DNA of 24,335 bases from a virus (IMGVR_UViG_3300020045_006464:1-24335); one strand, 5' to 3'; counted from the first letter of the stretch, positions 8,615 to 18,018 are shown. Program-made: numbers and translations. Notes: a model not told the origin generated them from the sequence alone.

Positions 8615-8923
8615 ATGAAAAACGAGTTAATAAAAGATATTGATGGTATCTATGAGTTGTTAAAAGATTTAACAAAATCGGGGAGTTGTGGAGAACATGG
8701 AGGTTCGGCAGATTATGAAGACGCAACCAATTTAGTAGATATAATTTTAAGGTCATCTATTTGCAGAAATTTATTATTTTTATTTTGGAATAGAGAAAAA
8801 AACGCTTGCCTTTTGAGCGATTTTCAAAGAAAGCAACAAGAAGATGAGTTTAATAATTGGCTGCTTAATGTAGATTTTGAATATTTAATTAGAGAAATTA
8901 ATAAAACCCGATTACAAGGATAA
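8615..8923 (+). CDS. Hypothetical protein
   Basis: 102 aa ORF, tight packing. Confidence 0.6.
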   Translation: MKNELIKDIDGIYELLKDLTKSGSCGEHGGSADYEDATNLVDIILRSSICRNLLFLFWNREKNACLLSDFQRKQQEDEFNNWLLNVDFEYLIREINKTRLQG

Positions 8924-8937
8924 TTGTTAAGAATATT

Positions 8938-9213
8938 ATGAAAAATTTAATAAATGATTTTTTTAATTACGCTTATGGAGAATTTAAAGGAGAGTTAAAT
9001 ATACTTGAGGCTACTGAACAAGAAAAATTAGAAAAACACTTTCAAAAATGGTATGATAGCAGAAAACTATCTTTTGAGGAATCTGTAAAACCTCTGATGA
9101 AATATTTAGGAGAAAATCATCATCCACATACATCGGTTTACGTCAGAAACGATTTAGCTGAACTTTTGGAAGGTAAAGAGGTTTTTGGAACAAAAGATTA
9201 TGTTAAGGATTAA
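8938..9213 (+). CDS. Hypothetical phage protein
   Basis: 91 aa ORF, tight packing. Confidence 0.65.
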   Translation: MKNLINDFFNYAYGEFKGELNILEATEQEKLEKHFQKWYDSRKLSFEESVKPLMKYLGENHHPHTSVYVRNDLAELLEGKEVFGTKDYVKD

Positions 9214-9233
9214 TTTTTAAAAACTAACCAAAA

Positions 9234-9497
9234 ATGAAACAAACAATTTTTACAGTCTACGTCTTAATGCAATCACAATCGGATTGCGACGAGGCGAAAA
9301 GAATATGTGAGGAGTATGGGTTGCCGTACATTGAAAAGTATTTTGAATTTTGGAATATTTTAAAATACAACAACGCGTTTGGATGTTACACCACAAGCGA
9401 CAAGTTTTGTGTTCATGTAGCATCGAAAAGAGAAAAAACAGAAGTCTCCCTCACCCGTTTTAAAGAACTATGTGAGGAATATAAATTAAATAAATAG
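9234..9497 (+). CDS. Hypothetical protein, near-identical to 15212-15490 (anchor D)
   Basis: About 255 bp at roughly 95% identity in inverted orientation; two E/K substitutions in the shared core. Confidence 0.85.
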   Translation: MKQTIFTVYVLMQSQSDCDEAKRICEEYGLPYIEKYFEFWNILKYNNAFGCYTTSDKFCVHVASKREKTEVSLTRFKELCEEYKLNK

Positions 9498-9504
9498 AAT
9501 TATT

Positions 9505-9873
9505 ATGAAAACAATTACAGTTAAAGAAGCATTAGAACAAGGTTATGAATTATGTGGATATGAAAATTTAGAAAATCAATCTTTGATGAGTATTTCTGAT
9601 TTGTCAGAAGAAGATTTTGAGCCATATCACAACGGCAAACTATGTGTTGCACATAAACAACCAAACTCAACTACAATTTCATCTGAAGAAGTTATAGAAT
9701 GGCTTGTGGATAGATATTTCGATACAGAAGGAAATCCTGATGATGATAGTCACGATATGGAATTATGCTTTAAAGAGCAAAAAGAAGTTATTAAAGAATT
9801 CGTGTCGAAAATGAATGATATTTATTCAAAAAAACAATGGTTCTTTTTAGCTGACTTACAACTCATTCCTTAA
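9505..9873 (+). CDS. Hypothetical acidic protein
   Basis: 122 aa ORF between anchors E and F. Confidence 0.7.
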   Translation: MKTITVKEALEQGYELCGYENLENQSLMSISDLSEEDFEPYHNGKLCVAHKQPNSTTISSEEVIEWLVDRYFDTEGNPDDDSHDMELCFKEQKEVIKEFVSKMNDIYSKKQWFFLADLQLIP

Positions 9874-9885
9874 CACCTAAAACAA

Positions 9886-10101
9886 ATGAAAACAGCAATG
9901 CAAGAATTAATCGAATTTTTAGATAAAGATTTAAAGATGCACGATTTTTTACAATTACCAGCTTATGAGAAAGCAAAATCGCTTTTAGAAAAAGAACGCC
10001 AACAAATCGAAACTGCATACACAGAGGGGTATCGTCAAGAGTTCTACGATAGTAGCGAAGAAACTTGTAAAAACTATTATGATAATACTTATAATCTATG
10101 A
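9886..10101 (+). CDS. Hypothetical phage protein
   Basis: 71 aa ORF with ATGA overlap to the next gene. Confidence 0.7.
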   Translation: MKTAMQELIEFLDKDLKMHDFLQLPAYEKAKSLLEKERQQIETAYTEGYRQEFYDSSEETCKNYYDNTYNL

Positions 10102-10496
10102 AAACAAAAGAAGAAGTAATTAAAGAAGCGTGGGGTAAATATTTTAAAAGATACAAGCCCGACAAAAACGGATGGTCAAAAGATAGGCCTCAATTTATGA
10201 GGGATACGCTTTGGTTTGATGCCTTTAAACTTGAAACAAAAGAAGAGAAAGACGTTTGGTATTACAGACCAAAATCATTAAAAGGTATTGAGAATAATAA
10301 TTCATGGATTAGAATTTTAAGCGAAGCGGATTTGCCGAGTGAGGATTGTAATTATTGGGGAGGCAAAATGTATGATAATGGTAAATTCCACCAATTGTCT
10401 TCTGTTTTTACTAAAAATGAAATCTTTTCAAGATTTAAAAATAAAAGCATCACACACTACCAACCAATCACTAAGCCACAACCACCAATATTTTAA
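10098..10496 (+). CDS. Hypothetical phage protein (DUF551-like C-terminus)
   Basis: WIRI...LP...ITHYQPI..P.PP pattern; both ends are anchors G and H. Confidence 0.7.
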   Translation: MKTKEEVIKEAWGKYFKRYKPDKNGWSKDRPQFMRDTLWFDAFKLETKEEKDVWYYRPKSLKGIENNNSWIRILSEADLPSEDCNYWGGKMYDNGKFHQLSSVFTKNEIFSRFKNKSITHYQPITKPQPPIF

Positions 10497-10498
10497 TT

Positions 10499-10726
10499 AT
10501 GGAAATAAATAAAGGAATGCCTCAGCCGTTAGATTGTCCGAAGTGTAAAGCTAAAAAAGGGTATAGAATTACACAAGTTGAACAGATTCATAGCGATTCT
10601 GTTTTTGATGAAGATGGAATTTATGAAACGCAAATTGATTCAGAATATAGAAAACTCATTAGAGTAATGAAAGCAGTGACTTGCAATAGTTGTTTGACTA
10701 AATTAAATTTCAATATTAAAATATAA
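10499..10726 (+). CDS. Small zinc-ribbon protein
   Basis: CPKC ... CNSC. Confidence 0.65.
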   Translation: MEINKGMPQPLDCPKCKAKKGYRITQVEQIHSDSVFDEDGIYETQIDSEYRKLIRVMKAVTCNSCLTKLNFNIKI

Positions 10727-10730
10727 ATCT

Positions 10731-11219
10731 ATGAAACCCACACTAAACCCAATCCAAACATTCCTTAAGGAATTAAACGGAATATTAAAAAACGAGTACT
10801 TCACTAAATCAGATTCCGATTTCCGACGTATTGCAATGAATCGAGTTAATTTTGATTTATCAACACCTTTACTCAAGCATTTTATTGCTTGTGATGAAAA
10901 CGGAGAGCCGATTGAGAAGCCGACAATTGACTTTTTTGATAAGAATTACGGCAATCTACCTGATGAAGTTTTAAAACAAGCGAAGCAATTCCAACAAGCC
11001 CAAAAACAAGTATTGTTTGAGGGATGGGAAATAGTTGATATTAAAGATTCTAATTTATATTCTAAAGGCATTTGTTTAACCGATGGATTTTTTATTTTTT
11101 GGTATAACAAAGAATTTAACGAATGGCAATTATCAAGAGGAATCCAATCCTACTCCGACCTAACAAAATACCAATTACAAACTAATAACAACTTTAAAGA
11201 ACTTATTTATGGAAAATAA
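10731..11219 (+). CDS. Hypothetical phage protein
   Basis: 162 aa ORF. Confidence 0.7.
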   Translation: MKPTLNPIQTFLKELNGILKNEYFTKSDSDFRRIAMNRVNFDLSTPLLKHFIACDENGEPIEKPTIDFFDKNYGNLPDEVLKQAKQFQQAQKQVLFEGWEIVDIKDSNLYSKGICLTDGFFIFWYNKEFNEWQLSRGIQSYSDLTKYQLQTNNNFKELIYGK

Positions 11220-11646
11220 TTTACAAGACTTAGAAAACGCAATCTACAATTCAATTCCGAGATTAAGGGAGTTGAGTGTAGGATGTCAAGTAGATTTTAA
11301 AGACGCAAAATATCCAATGACTTTATTTTCAAAGGCAAATGGATTACTTCGCTTTATAGATAAAAACGGAACTTCTTACGCTTGGCCAGAAGAAGAAACA
11401 AAAGGTTTTATGAAAATCATCGGCCACCCAATACTTCTTAACGATGTGTTGGAGTGGTTGAGATTAATCGATAAAGACAAAGATTATTATTCTATAGATT
11501 ATTTTGGGAATTTATTAAAATTCAATTATGATAGCGAGTATATTTGTTGGGAAAAAACAAAAATGAATTGGAACCTATCCAAACCAGCACTAAAAGACCA
11601 ATCACAAGAGTTAATAGATGCTTTAACAGAATTAATACCGAAATAG
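11209..11646 (+). CDS. Hypothetical phage protein
   Basis: 145 aa ORF overlapping the upstream gene. Confidence 0.7.
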   Translation: MENNLQDLENAIYNSIPRLRELSVGCQVDFKDAKYPMTLFSKANGLLRFIDKNGTSYAWPEEETKGFMKIIGHPILLNDVLEWLRLIDKDKDYYSIDYFGNLLKFNYDSEYICWEKTKMNWNLSKPALKDQSQELIDALTELIPK

Positions 11647-11676
11647 TTGCTAATTAAAAAATAATTTGTAATTTTG
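11647..11676 (+). promoter_or_regulatory. Bacteroidota promoter ahead of the terminase-proximal genes
   Basis: TTG 11647-11649, 19 nt spacer, TAATTTTG 11669-11676. Confidence 0.6.
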
Positions 11677-11682
11677 AAACTT

Positions 11683-11964
11683 ATGAACTACTACGAAATA
11701 CATGAAAATAAAAAACCTAAACCGATTCTTAAAAGAAAGAGTAAACGCTATATAAGCGCATTAGTTCCGTTGTTGTGTTTAACTTCAGCTATTGGATTAG
11801 CACAAGTAGAAATTATTAAATCACAACCAATAGTAGCTAATTTAAAAACTGATAAAAAGAATGCTATTATTGAAGCGGTAAAAAATCACTTAGAAGCATT
11901 AATAAATATTACCAATTCTGAGAAACAACGTAGATTCAACGATACTAAACGATATGTGAAATGA
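11683..11964 (+). CDS. Hypothetical protein with one hydrophobic segment
   Basis: ATG 11683; YISALVPLLCLTSAIGLA after a basic N-terminus. Confidence 0.55.
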   Translation: MNYYEIHENKKPKPILKRKSKRYISALVPLLCLTSAIGLAQVEIIKSQPIVANLKTDKKNAIIEAVKNHLEALINITNSEKQRRFNDTKRYVK

Positions 11965-12185
11965 AACCAATACTATCACTACTAATCCTAACTTTACTAA
12001 GTTGCTCAACACCTAAAGCATGTATTTGCGAAAGAGTAAACTACAAGTATCTTAATAGCATTGAAAAAATTGAACTATTCCGCTACCAAGTAGAAAATGA
12101 CAGTTGCGCTAATTGGATTATTGGAGACGATACAAAAACCGATAGTAACGGATATGTTTATAATTATAAAGAAACTTGTGAGTGA
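11961..12185 (+). CDS. Putative lipoprotein
   Basis: Signal peptide with lipobox-like LLSC. Confidence 0.65.
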   Translation: MKPILSLLILTLLSCSTPKACICERVNYKYLNSIEKIELFRYQVENDSCANWIIGDDTKTDSNGYVYNYKETCE

Positions 12186-12272
12186 TTATGAAAGGCTTTA
12201 TTAGTGTAAAAAGATTTAAGTTAACTAAACAGGAAAAGAAATATATTTTATCTTTTATAAAAGACTATACGG

Positions 12273-12809
12273 ATGGAAAATGAATTAACAGATAAGCAAG
12301 AACAATATTGCCAACATTACGTTGTTTGTATGAATCAATCAACCGCTTATCGTTTAGCGTATGATGCCGAATCAATGAACTCAAATAGTGTTGCAAGAGA
12401 GGCTTGTTTATTACATTCAAACCCCAATGTAACCCAAAGAATAAAAGAACTCCAAAAAGAAGCATACGAACGTAATAAAGCCACTATTGACGAACTTGTA
12501 AACACTTTATCCAATATGGTTCGTTTCGATATTGCAGAACTTTACGACGATAACGGAAATTTACTACCAATCAAAGGGATGCCACTAATTGCAAGGCAAA
12601 TGATTTCCGAGTTAGCAAGTGACCATATTAGAATGGGCGGGGAAGTAGTTGGAGAAACTAAAAAAGTAAAGACAATTGCCAAACTTGATGCAGTTGAAAA
12701 ACTTATGAAGCATTTTGGTGGTTACGAAAAAGACAACTTTCAGAAGAAGCCAATAGTCAATCAAAAAACAACTATTGAGTTTGTGGATAGTTCAGAAAAT
12801 GAGCATTAA
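12273..12809 (+). CDS. terS: Terminase small subunit
   Basis: LTDKQEQYCQHY...AYRLAY, KLDAVEKLMKH; directly upstream of TerL. Confidence 0.9.
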   Translation: MENELTDKQEQYCQHYVVCMNQSTAYRLAYDAESMNSNSVAREACLLHSNPNVTQRIKELQKEAYERNKATIDELVNTLSNMVRFDIAELYDDNGNLLPIKGMPLIARQMISELASDHIRMGGEVVGETKKVKTIAKLDAVEKLMKHFGGYEKDNFQKKPIVNQKTTIEFVDSSENEH

Positions 12810-14079
12810 ATTCTCAAAAAAATACAAACCGCTATTTGAGATTTTGCAAGGCAAACACCCGCAAGTCGATACTGTTATAATGACTGGTGGGCGTGGTTCG
12901 GCAAAATCTTTTGTTGTTTCTGTTTTTTCATTAATTGCATTAGTTGAGTATTGTTGGAATGTTCTTTACACACGTTTTACAAATATTTCCATTGTAGATT
13001 CTATTAAACCCGAAGTTGATGATAAGATTGAATTACTAAGCTATGAAAACTACGTTAATTCAACACAAACACATATTGAAAGTAAAGGTAATCGAATAGC
13101 TTTTAAAGGTATTAAAACTGGGAGTAAACAACAAACTGCTAACTTAAAATCATTATTTGGTTTTAACTGTTTTGTGGTTGATGAAGCCGAAGAATTGCCT
13201 GACTATGAAACCTACGAAAAGGTATTTTTATCGATACGTTCCAAAGAAAAAAGAAACTTAACTATTCTTATTCTTAATCCAGCAAGCGTACACCATTGGA
13301 TATATAGACACTTCTTTACTGGAATGAATGTTGATGGCGGCAGTAATTTAATTAAAGACAATGTTTGTTACATACATACAAGTTATTTAGATGTTGAGCG
13401 TGAGTATTTAGCGGATAACATTGTAAGCTATTACCAGCAATTAAAAGACAAAGACGAAAAGAAATACAATCACGTTGTAAAAGGTGGATGGTTAGAAGCG
13501 GTAGAGGGCAGAGTATTTACCGATTGGAAACGAAATACTTTTCACGAATTTAACCAACTCCCTTTTAAATCATTCTACGGTGTCGATTGGGGAAAAAATC
13601 ATAAATTCGGGATAGTTGAAATGAAATACGATAAATACTCAAATACATTGTATTGCCACCAAAGAAACTACTTATCAGAAAATGAATTGATCGCACAACT
13701 CGAACCAATTGAACGAAACAATATTAATAATGAGGGCGGTATAATTATTCACACCTTTAGAAAGTTAGGTATTGATAAAAACGCTACTATTGTTTGTGAT
13801 AGTGCAGTACCTGATAACATTTTATTACTAAGGGATTACGGTTGGGAGTACGCATTCGGTATCGATAAGCCCAAAGGTTCGGTAATGGCTGGTATAACTT
13901 TACTACAATCAACAAACGTGGTTTATACAGAAGATAGCGACGGTATTGATTTAGAATTTAAAAACTATGCTTACGCAGAGGACAGATTAGGCGTGGTAGA
14001 TGACGAAGTAGTAAAAGCGTATGATGATTTAATTGACCCGATTAGATACGGTCGTAGGTATGCGGAGCAAGAACTTTAA
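12799..14079 (+). CDS. terL: Terminase large subunit (PBSX/SPP1-like)
   Basis: Walker A GGRGSAKS, Walker B VVDEAEE, LNP, nuclease GVDWG, CDSA, DDLIDPIRY; likely start ATG 12799. Confidence 0.95.
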   Translation: MSIKFSKKYKPLFEILQGKHPQVDTVIMTGGRGSAKSFVVSVFSLIALVEYCWNVLYTRFTNISIVDSIKPEVDDKIELLSYENYVNSTQTHIESKGNRIAFKGIKTGSKQQTANLKSLFGFNCFVVDEAEELPDYETYEKVFLSIRSKEKRNLTILILNPASVHHWIYRHFFTGMNVDGGSNLIKDNVCYIHTSYLDVEREYLADNIVSYYQQLKDKDEKKYNHVVKGGWLEAVEGRVFTDWKRNTFHEFNQLPFKSFYGVDWGKNHKFGIVEMKYDKYSNTLYCHQRNYLSENELIAQLEPIERNNINNEGGIIIHTFRKLGIDKNATIVCDSAVPDNILLLRDYGWEYAFGIDKPKGSVMAGITLLQSTNVVYTEDSDGIDLEFKNYAYAEDRLGVVDDEVVKAYDDLIDPIRYGRRYAEQEL

Positions 14080-14089
14080 AATTAAATAT

Positions 14090-14257
14090 ATGAATTGGCA
14101 ACCACACTTAAAAATGAGAATTACTGATGGTAAACAAACTTTTCAACACAATTTTATGAAGTCAGACCCATCAGAAAATGAAATTATATTAGCTTTTGAA
14201 AACTTAAAAGAGAAATTTCATAACAACGAAAAATTAATAGTTAGTACTGGATATTAA
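14090..14257 (+). CDS. Hypothetical protein
   Basis: Likely start ATG 14090 (MNWQPHLK). Confidence 0.5.
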   Translation: MNWQPHLKMRITDGKQTFQHNFMKSDPSENEIILAFENLKEKFHNNEKLIVSTGY

Positions 14258-14296
14258 AAAATTAAATAGAAATGAAAAACAACAGAAAAAACAGAA

Positions 14297-14333
14297 AATT
14301 AAAATATAGGTGGTTGTGGTTTAGTGATTGGTT
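14297..14333 (-). repeat. Inverted anchor H, right copy (partner 10462-10498)
   Basis: 35/37 bp identical; marks the inner end of the minus-strand block. Confidence 0.92.
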
Positions 14334-14509
14334 ATTTGTACCGCCATTCCATTTTTAAAAACAAATTGAGGGCAAATATCTTTTTTGGTGTACCTGCATA
14401 AATACCCTAACCAAACTTTCCATTTTACTATTTTTGATAGACTTAATTTTTCAACTGCTTCTTCAATGGATTTGTAAGTTGGAGTTATTACTTCTTCTTT
14501 TGTTTTCAT
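14321..14509 (-). CDS. Hypothetical protein sharing its first 23 nt with 10098-10496 (anchor G)
   Basis: 14487-14509 is the reverse complement of 10098-10120 (MKTKEEVI). Confidence 0.55.
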   Translation of the reverse strand: MKTKEEVITPTYKSIEEAVEKLSLSKIVKWKVWLGYLCRYTKKDICPQFVFKNGMAVQITNH

Positions 14510-14700
14510 TTGTTTGACTTATCGTTTATAACTAATTGAACAAGCGCTTGAACTATTAAATAAGCAAGCAACATTCCAAATCTATCGTTCCAATCATATT
14601 TTGGAATTTCTAATATCCAAATTATATCCCATTTCACATAAGATACAATCAAGTATAAAACTATACTTACAATAAACGGTATTTTGATTTTTTCTTTCAT
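14506..14700 (-). CDS. Small two-TM membrane protein
   Basis: Two hydrophobic stretches; start lies in anchor F. Confidence 0.6.
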   Translation of the reverse strand: MKEKIKIPFIVSIVLYLIVSYVKWDIIWILEIPKYDWNDRFGMLLAYLIVQALVQLVINDKSNK

Positions 14701-14714
14701 TTGTTTTAGGTGTT
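14695..14714 (-). repeat. Inverted anchor F, right copy (partner 9872-9891)
   Basis: AACACCTAAAACAAATGAAA 20/20. Confidence 0.85.
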
Positions 14715-14906
14715 GGTTAGTTTCTTGTAAACATAATTTACGACTTCGTAAATAATAAATCCGATAAGAAGAAAAGCGACTATGATTAATATCATATTCA
14801 CTACAACTCTTAAATTATCTATTGCTAATCCTATAAAAAACACAGCGATAAGCAAAAAGCACGATGTTAATAACCAATTTACAAATCGGTCTAAAAATTT
14901 TTCCAT
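14706..14906 (-). CDS. Small two-TM membrane protein
   Basis: Two hydrophobic stretches. Confidence 0.6.
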   Translation of the reverse strand: MEKFLDRFVNWLLTSCFLLIAVFFIGLAIDNLRVVVNMILIIVAFLLIGFIIYEVVNYVYKKLTNT

Positions 14907-14924
14907 AATTCTATTTATTTAATT
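14905..14924 (-). repeat. Inverted anchor E, right copy (partner 9484-9503)
   Basis: AATTAAATAAATAGAATTAT 20/20; AT-rich but in the expected nested position. Confidence 0.75.
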
Positions 14925-15210
14925 GTTTCCATTCCTCTGCTAATTCTAATGATAAGATGTAGTAACACTCAAGAGATGAATATTCATCAATATTGTTTTC
15001 TAAAACACTTATCAATGAATCGTAAGAATTATATCGCTCTCTTAGTTTTCGCAAAGTTTTTAATGCACTTTCTCTTGTAATAGAAAAGTAATTTTTATAT
15101 TCAACCATCATCCATTGTAAAAAGCTATTCATTTGTTCTTTATCGAAGCTTTTAGCACAGGTAATTAATTCTGTTTTAATTTTCTCTTTCAAATTATTTT
15201 TAATCTCCAT
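14911..15210 (-). CDS. Hypothetical protein
   Basis: 99 aa ORF, tight packing. Confidence 0.6.
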   Translation of the reverse strand: MEIKNNLKEKIKTELITCAKSFDKEQMNSFLQWMMVEYKNYFSITRESALKTLRKLRERYNSYDSLISVLENNIDEYSSLECYYILSLELAEEWKQLNK

Positions 15211-15211
15211 T

Positions 15212-15490
15212 TTATATTTTTTTAAGGCTATTTAATTTATATTCCTCACATAGCTCTTTAAAGCGGGTGAGGGAGACTTTGGTTTTTTCTCTTTTCGATG
15301 CTACGTGAACACAAAACTTGTCGCTTGTGGTGTAACATCCAAATGCGTTGTTGTATTTTAAAATATTCCAAAATTCAAAATACTTTTCAATGTACGGCAA
15401 CCCATACTTCTCACATATCCTTTTCGCCTCGTCGCAATCCGATTGGCTTTGCATTAATACGTAGACTGTAAAAATTGTTTGTTGGTTCAT
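15212..15490 (-). CDS. Hypothetical protein, second copy of 9234-9497 (anchor D)
   Basis: Near-identical protein; likely start ATG 15490. Confidence 0.85.
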   Translation of the reverse strand: MNQQTIFTVYVLMQSQSDCDEAKRICEKYGLPYIEKYFEFWNILKYNNAFGCYTTSDKFCVHVASKREKTKVSLTRFKELCEEYKLNSLKKI

Positions 15491-15491
15491 T

Positions 15492-15731
15492 TTATTTATC
15501 GTTACGGTATCCAACTTTGTTTAAAAACTCTTTTGCGTATTTTTGAACTTGTAATACAGAATATTCTTTTGCGTTAAATCTTTGACATAAAGCCATATCT
15601 ATTTCGCCAAGCAATTGTTCTGTTAGTTCGCACATTTCTTTTAAATTTTCTAAAGCTATTTCATCAATCCTTGAATCTGCTTGAGGTCTAACATTTCCTA
15701 TTAGTTTTTTTACTACGTCATAATTTGTCAT
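15492..15731 (-). CDS. Hypothetical phage protein
   Basis: 79 aa ORF starting just after anchor C. Confidence 0.65.
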   Translation of the reverse strand: MTNYDVVKKLIGNVRPQADSRIDEIALENLKEMCELTEQLLGEIDMALCQRFNAKEYSVLQVQKYAKEFLNKVGYRNDK

Positions 15732-15736
15732 AATCT

Positions 15737-15792
15737 CTACTCTTTAATTAATTCCTTTACCCCCTCCACAACCTTATCAAAATCAAAGGTTG
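15737..15792 (-). repeat. Inverted anchor C, right copy; non-coding remnant of gene 8113-8286
   Basis: 55/56 bp identical to 8231-8286. Confidence 0.93.
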
Positions 15793-15804
15793 GGGAACGG
15801 AAGG

Positions 15805-16047
15805 TTATATTTTAATTTTTTTATCTAAATCTCTTAAAAGTGTTAAATGATTTCCAATAGAAACTATTTTGTTTAGCAATAGCGGTTTTAAAAACATTAA
15901 TGCACTTTTTTCTATTTGTTCAAGGTTATTCGGGATAAGTTTCCCGTTTTCAATATTTGCGTAGTTGCCCTGATTTACTCCTAACCTTTCAGCTAAAACA
16001 TATTGTTTAACTCCAACTTCTTTTCTAATCTGTTTTACTAATTCCAT
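15805..16047 (-). CDS. XRE/Cro-family HTH regulator
   Basis: IRKEVGVKQYVLAERLGVNQGNYANIENGK. Confidence 0.85.
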   Translation of the reverse strand: MELVKQIRKEVGVKQYVLAERLGVNQGNYANIENGKLIPNNLEQIEKSALMFLKPLLLNKIVSIGNHLTLLRDLDKKIKI

Positions 16048-16120
16048 AAATAATTTGTTTTTAATTACAACAAAAATAATAATTTATTTAATACAAAATA
16101 CATTTATAATATTTATTTCC

Positions 16121-16206
16121 ACACCCAACAGTTATTTATACAAATTCTAAATAACCCCACCAAAACTAACCTTATCATAGCAATCTAAAAGTAAAGTGAA
16201 TCCGCC
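16121..16206 (-). repeat. Inverted anchors B (16121-16155) and A2 (16160-16206), right copies
   Basis: Separated by 4 nt here but by 220 nt in the left arm. Confidence 0.93.
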
Positions 16207-16386
16207 ACTTTTATTGGTGTAGTGGAATGTGTAAATCCAGTGGTAGTATTCGGTCTTATTTCTCCACGTTGCGCCTTTGGTTAGGTCTTTTTGCAGTCCT
16301 ACGTAGCGGAAACTGTTGCCATCTAAATCGGTTTGGATGGATTGGTTTAGGTGGTAGGTGTGGTTATTGTAGGTTATTGAGTTCAT
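16147..16386 (-). CDS. Hypothetical protein
   Basis: 79 aa ORF overlapping the helicase stop region. Confidence 0.6.
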   Translation of the reverse strand: MNSITYNNHTYHLNQSIQTDLDGNSFRYVGLQKDLTKGATWRNKTEYYHWIYTFHYTNKSGGFTLLLDCYDKVSFGGVI

Positions 16387-18018
16387 ATAGTGGTAATTTA
16401 AAACGGTTTCTTAAATCTATTTGTTTTTGCGGTAAATTGTAAATGCTATTTAAAATAATTGTTTCAGTTTCGTTTTTAATAATGTTATTTTCAACGTGTT
16501 CAATGGATTTATAAACATCATAAACTGATTCGCATATAAAAAATAATACTTTCTTTTCGGTCATTTCGGGCAACGTTTCTTTTTGGTATTCAGTCAATCT
16601 TCCTTTAGGCAATTTCAACTCTAACGCAAAATAAAAAGACGTGTTAGAATAAAAAACCGTGTTGTCGGGCAATCCGTTCTTTGATGCGAAATGCACCCAT
16701 CTATCTTTTATAAATGCCTTACCGCTATTTTGTCGCCACCAAAAATAATTAGTCTTTTTAAGATAGTTGTTTACATCGTCTTGTAAATCTGATTCAAGTT
16801 TATACTCTTTTCCATCATATAAGTCCAATATCGAACTAATGCTTTTAAGATAAATTTCTTTTTCCTCTGTTAAAACTAATGTTTTCCGCTTTTCATTATC
16901 AGTATCAATATTTAGGTCTTTGTCTAAAACACGCCCAATTTTTTTATTAAAAGTAAATATTTTCCTTTCATCGGGTAATCCGTGTTCTTTTATATTCTCG
17001 CAACAATCTAAAATAATACAGTCAGATTTTCCGTTTATTATTGATTCGGAAATATTTAAACCTAACAACCTAATACCACGACCAGCACATTGAATATATT
17101 TTTTCCAGCTTTTAGTAGCGGTTGCAAAAATTACACAACTAACCAATGGTTCATCAAACCCAGCCGTTAATATTTCTATTGATATTAAACCACTAATATT
17201 TTTTAATCGTAAATCATTAATTAATTTATCCCGTTGCTTGTCTTTAGTATCTGCGGTAATTATTCCAACTTTAACACCTTGTTTTTCAAACTCAACCGCT
17301 AATTCTTTACAATGATTTTTATTAACCGCAAAACAAATAAAACTACGGCTTTCTCCAAATTCAATATAGCTATTAACTATTGAGTTATTTATATCAATTC
17401 GGTTTATAGTTTTTTCTAAATCTTTATTGTCGTAATCGTTACCGCTAATTTTTACATCGCTTAAATTAACTGACATCGGAGTAAAACATTTGAACGGTGT
17501 TAAAAATCCTAATTCAATCAAATCTTTAGTTTGATAATCGTCTATAATCGAATCCCATCCATCAAGCAAAAATCCTTTATCATCAACTGGAGTAGCCGAC
17601 AATCCGATAAAAATAGCATTTGGAAACCGAGTAAATAAAGATTGGATTAAATTACTATCGTAAGCGTAATGCACCTCGTCAATAATAACTATTTTAGGTT
17701 CTATTATTTCAGTATTTATAAGCGTATGAATTGATGCTACTAAACAAGTATAATTTTCATCAAAGTTTTTATTTTCGCCTTGTAGGTAGCTTGGGTTTAA
17801 ATCTAAAAACTTTTTATAAGACTGCTCCGCTAATGTAATCCTATGAGTTGTAAATAGTACTTTGTTATTTTTTAACTGTGCGTTTTTAATAATATCGTAA
17901 GAAAGTATTGTTTTACCAAAACCAGTTGGAGCGGAAATAAGTATTTTTTTGTTTTTAGCGTTTAAACTATCTTTTATTTTTTGTTTAACTACTTCTTGAG
18001 TTGATGTAATGTATACAT
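16364..18018 (-). CDS. SF2 DEAD/DEAH helicase with C-terminal VRR-NUC-like nuclease; 1-nt frameshift near the start
   Basis: Frame open upstream of 17674 with APTGFGKT (17909-17932) and IIDEVH; SAT, AGFDEP, QCAGRGIR; C-terminal GLPD...ELK; ATG 18018 out of frame by one base. Confidence 0.85.

Noticed and set aside
1594-12465. Minus-strand ORFs 1594, 2510, 3921, 5541, 6064, 6757, 7930, 9863, 12265 and plus ORF 1801-2004
   Set aside because: They are shadows of better-supported genes or overlap the structured leader, and show no motifs.
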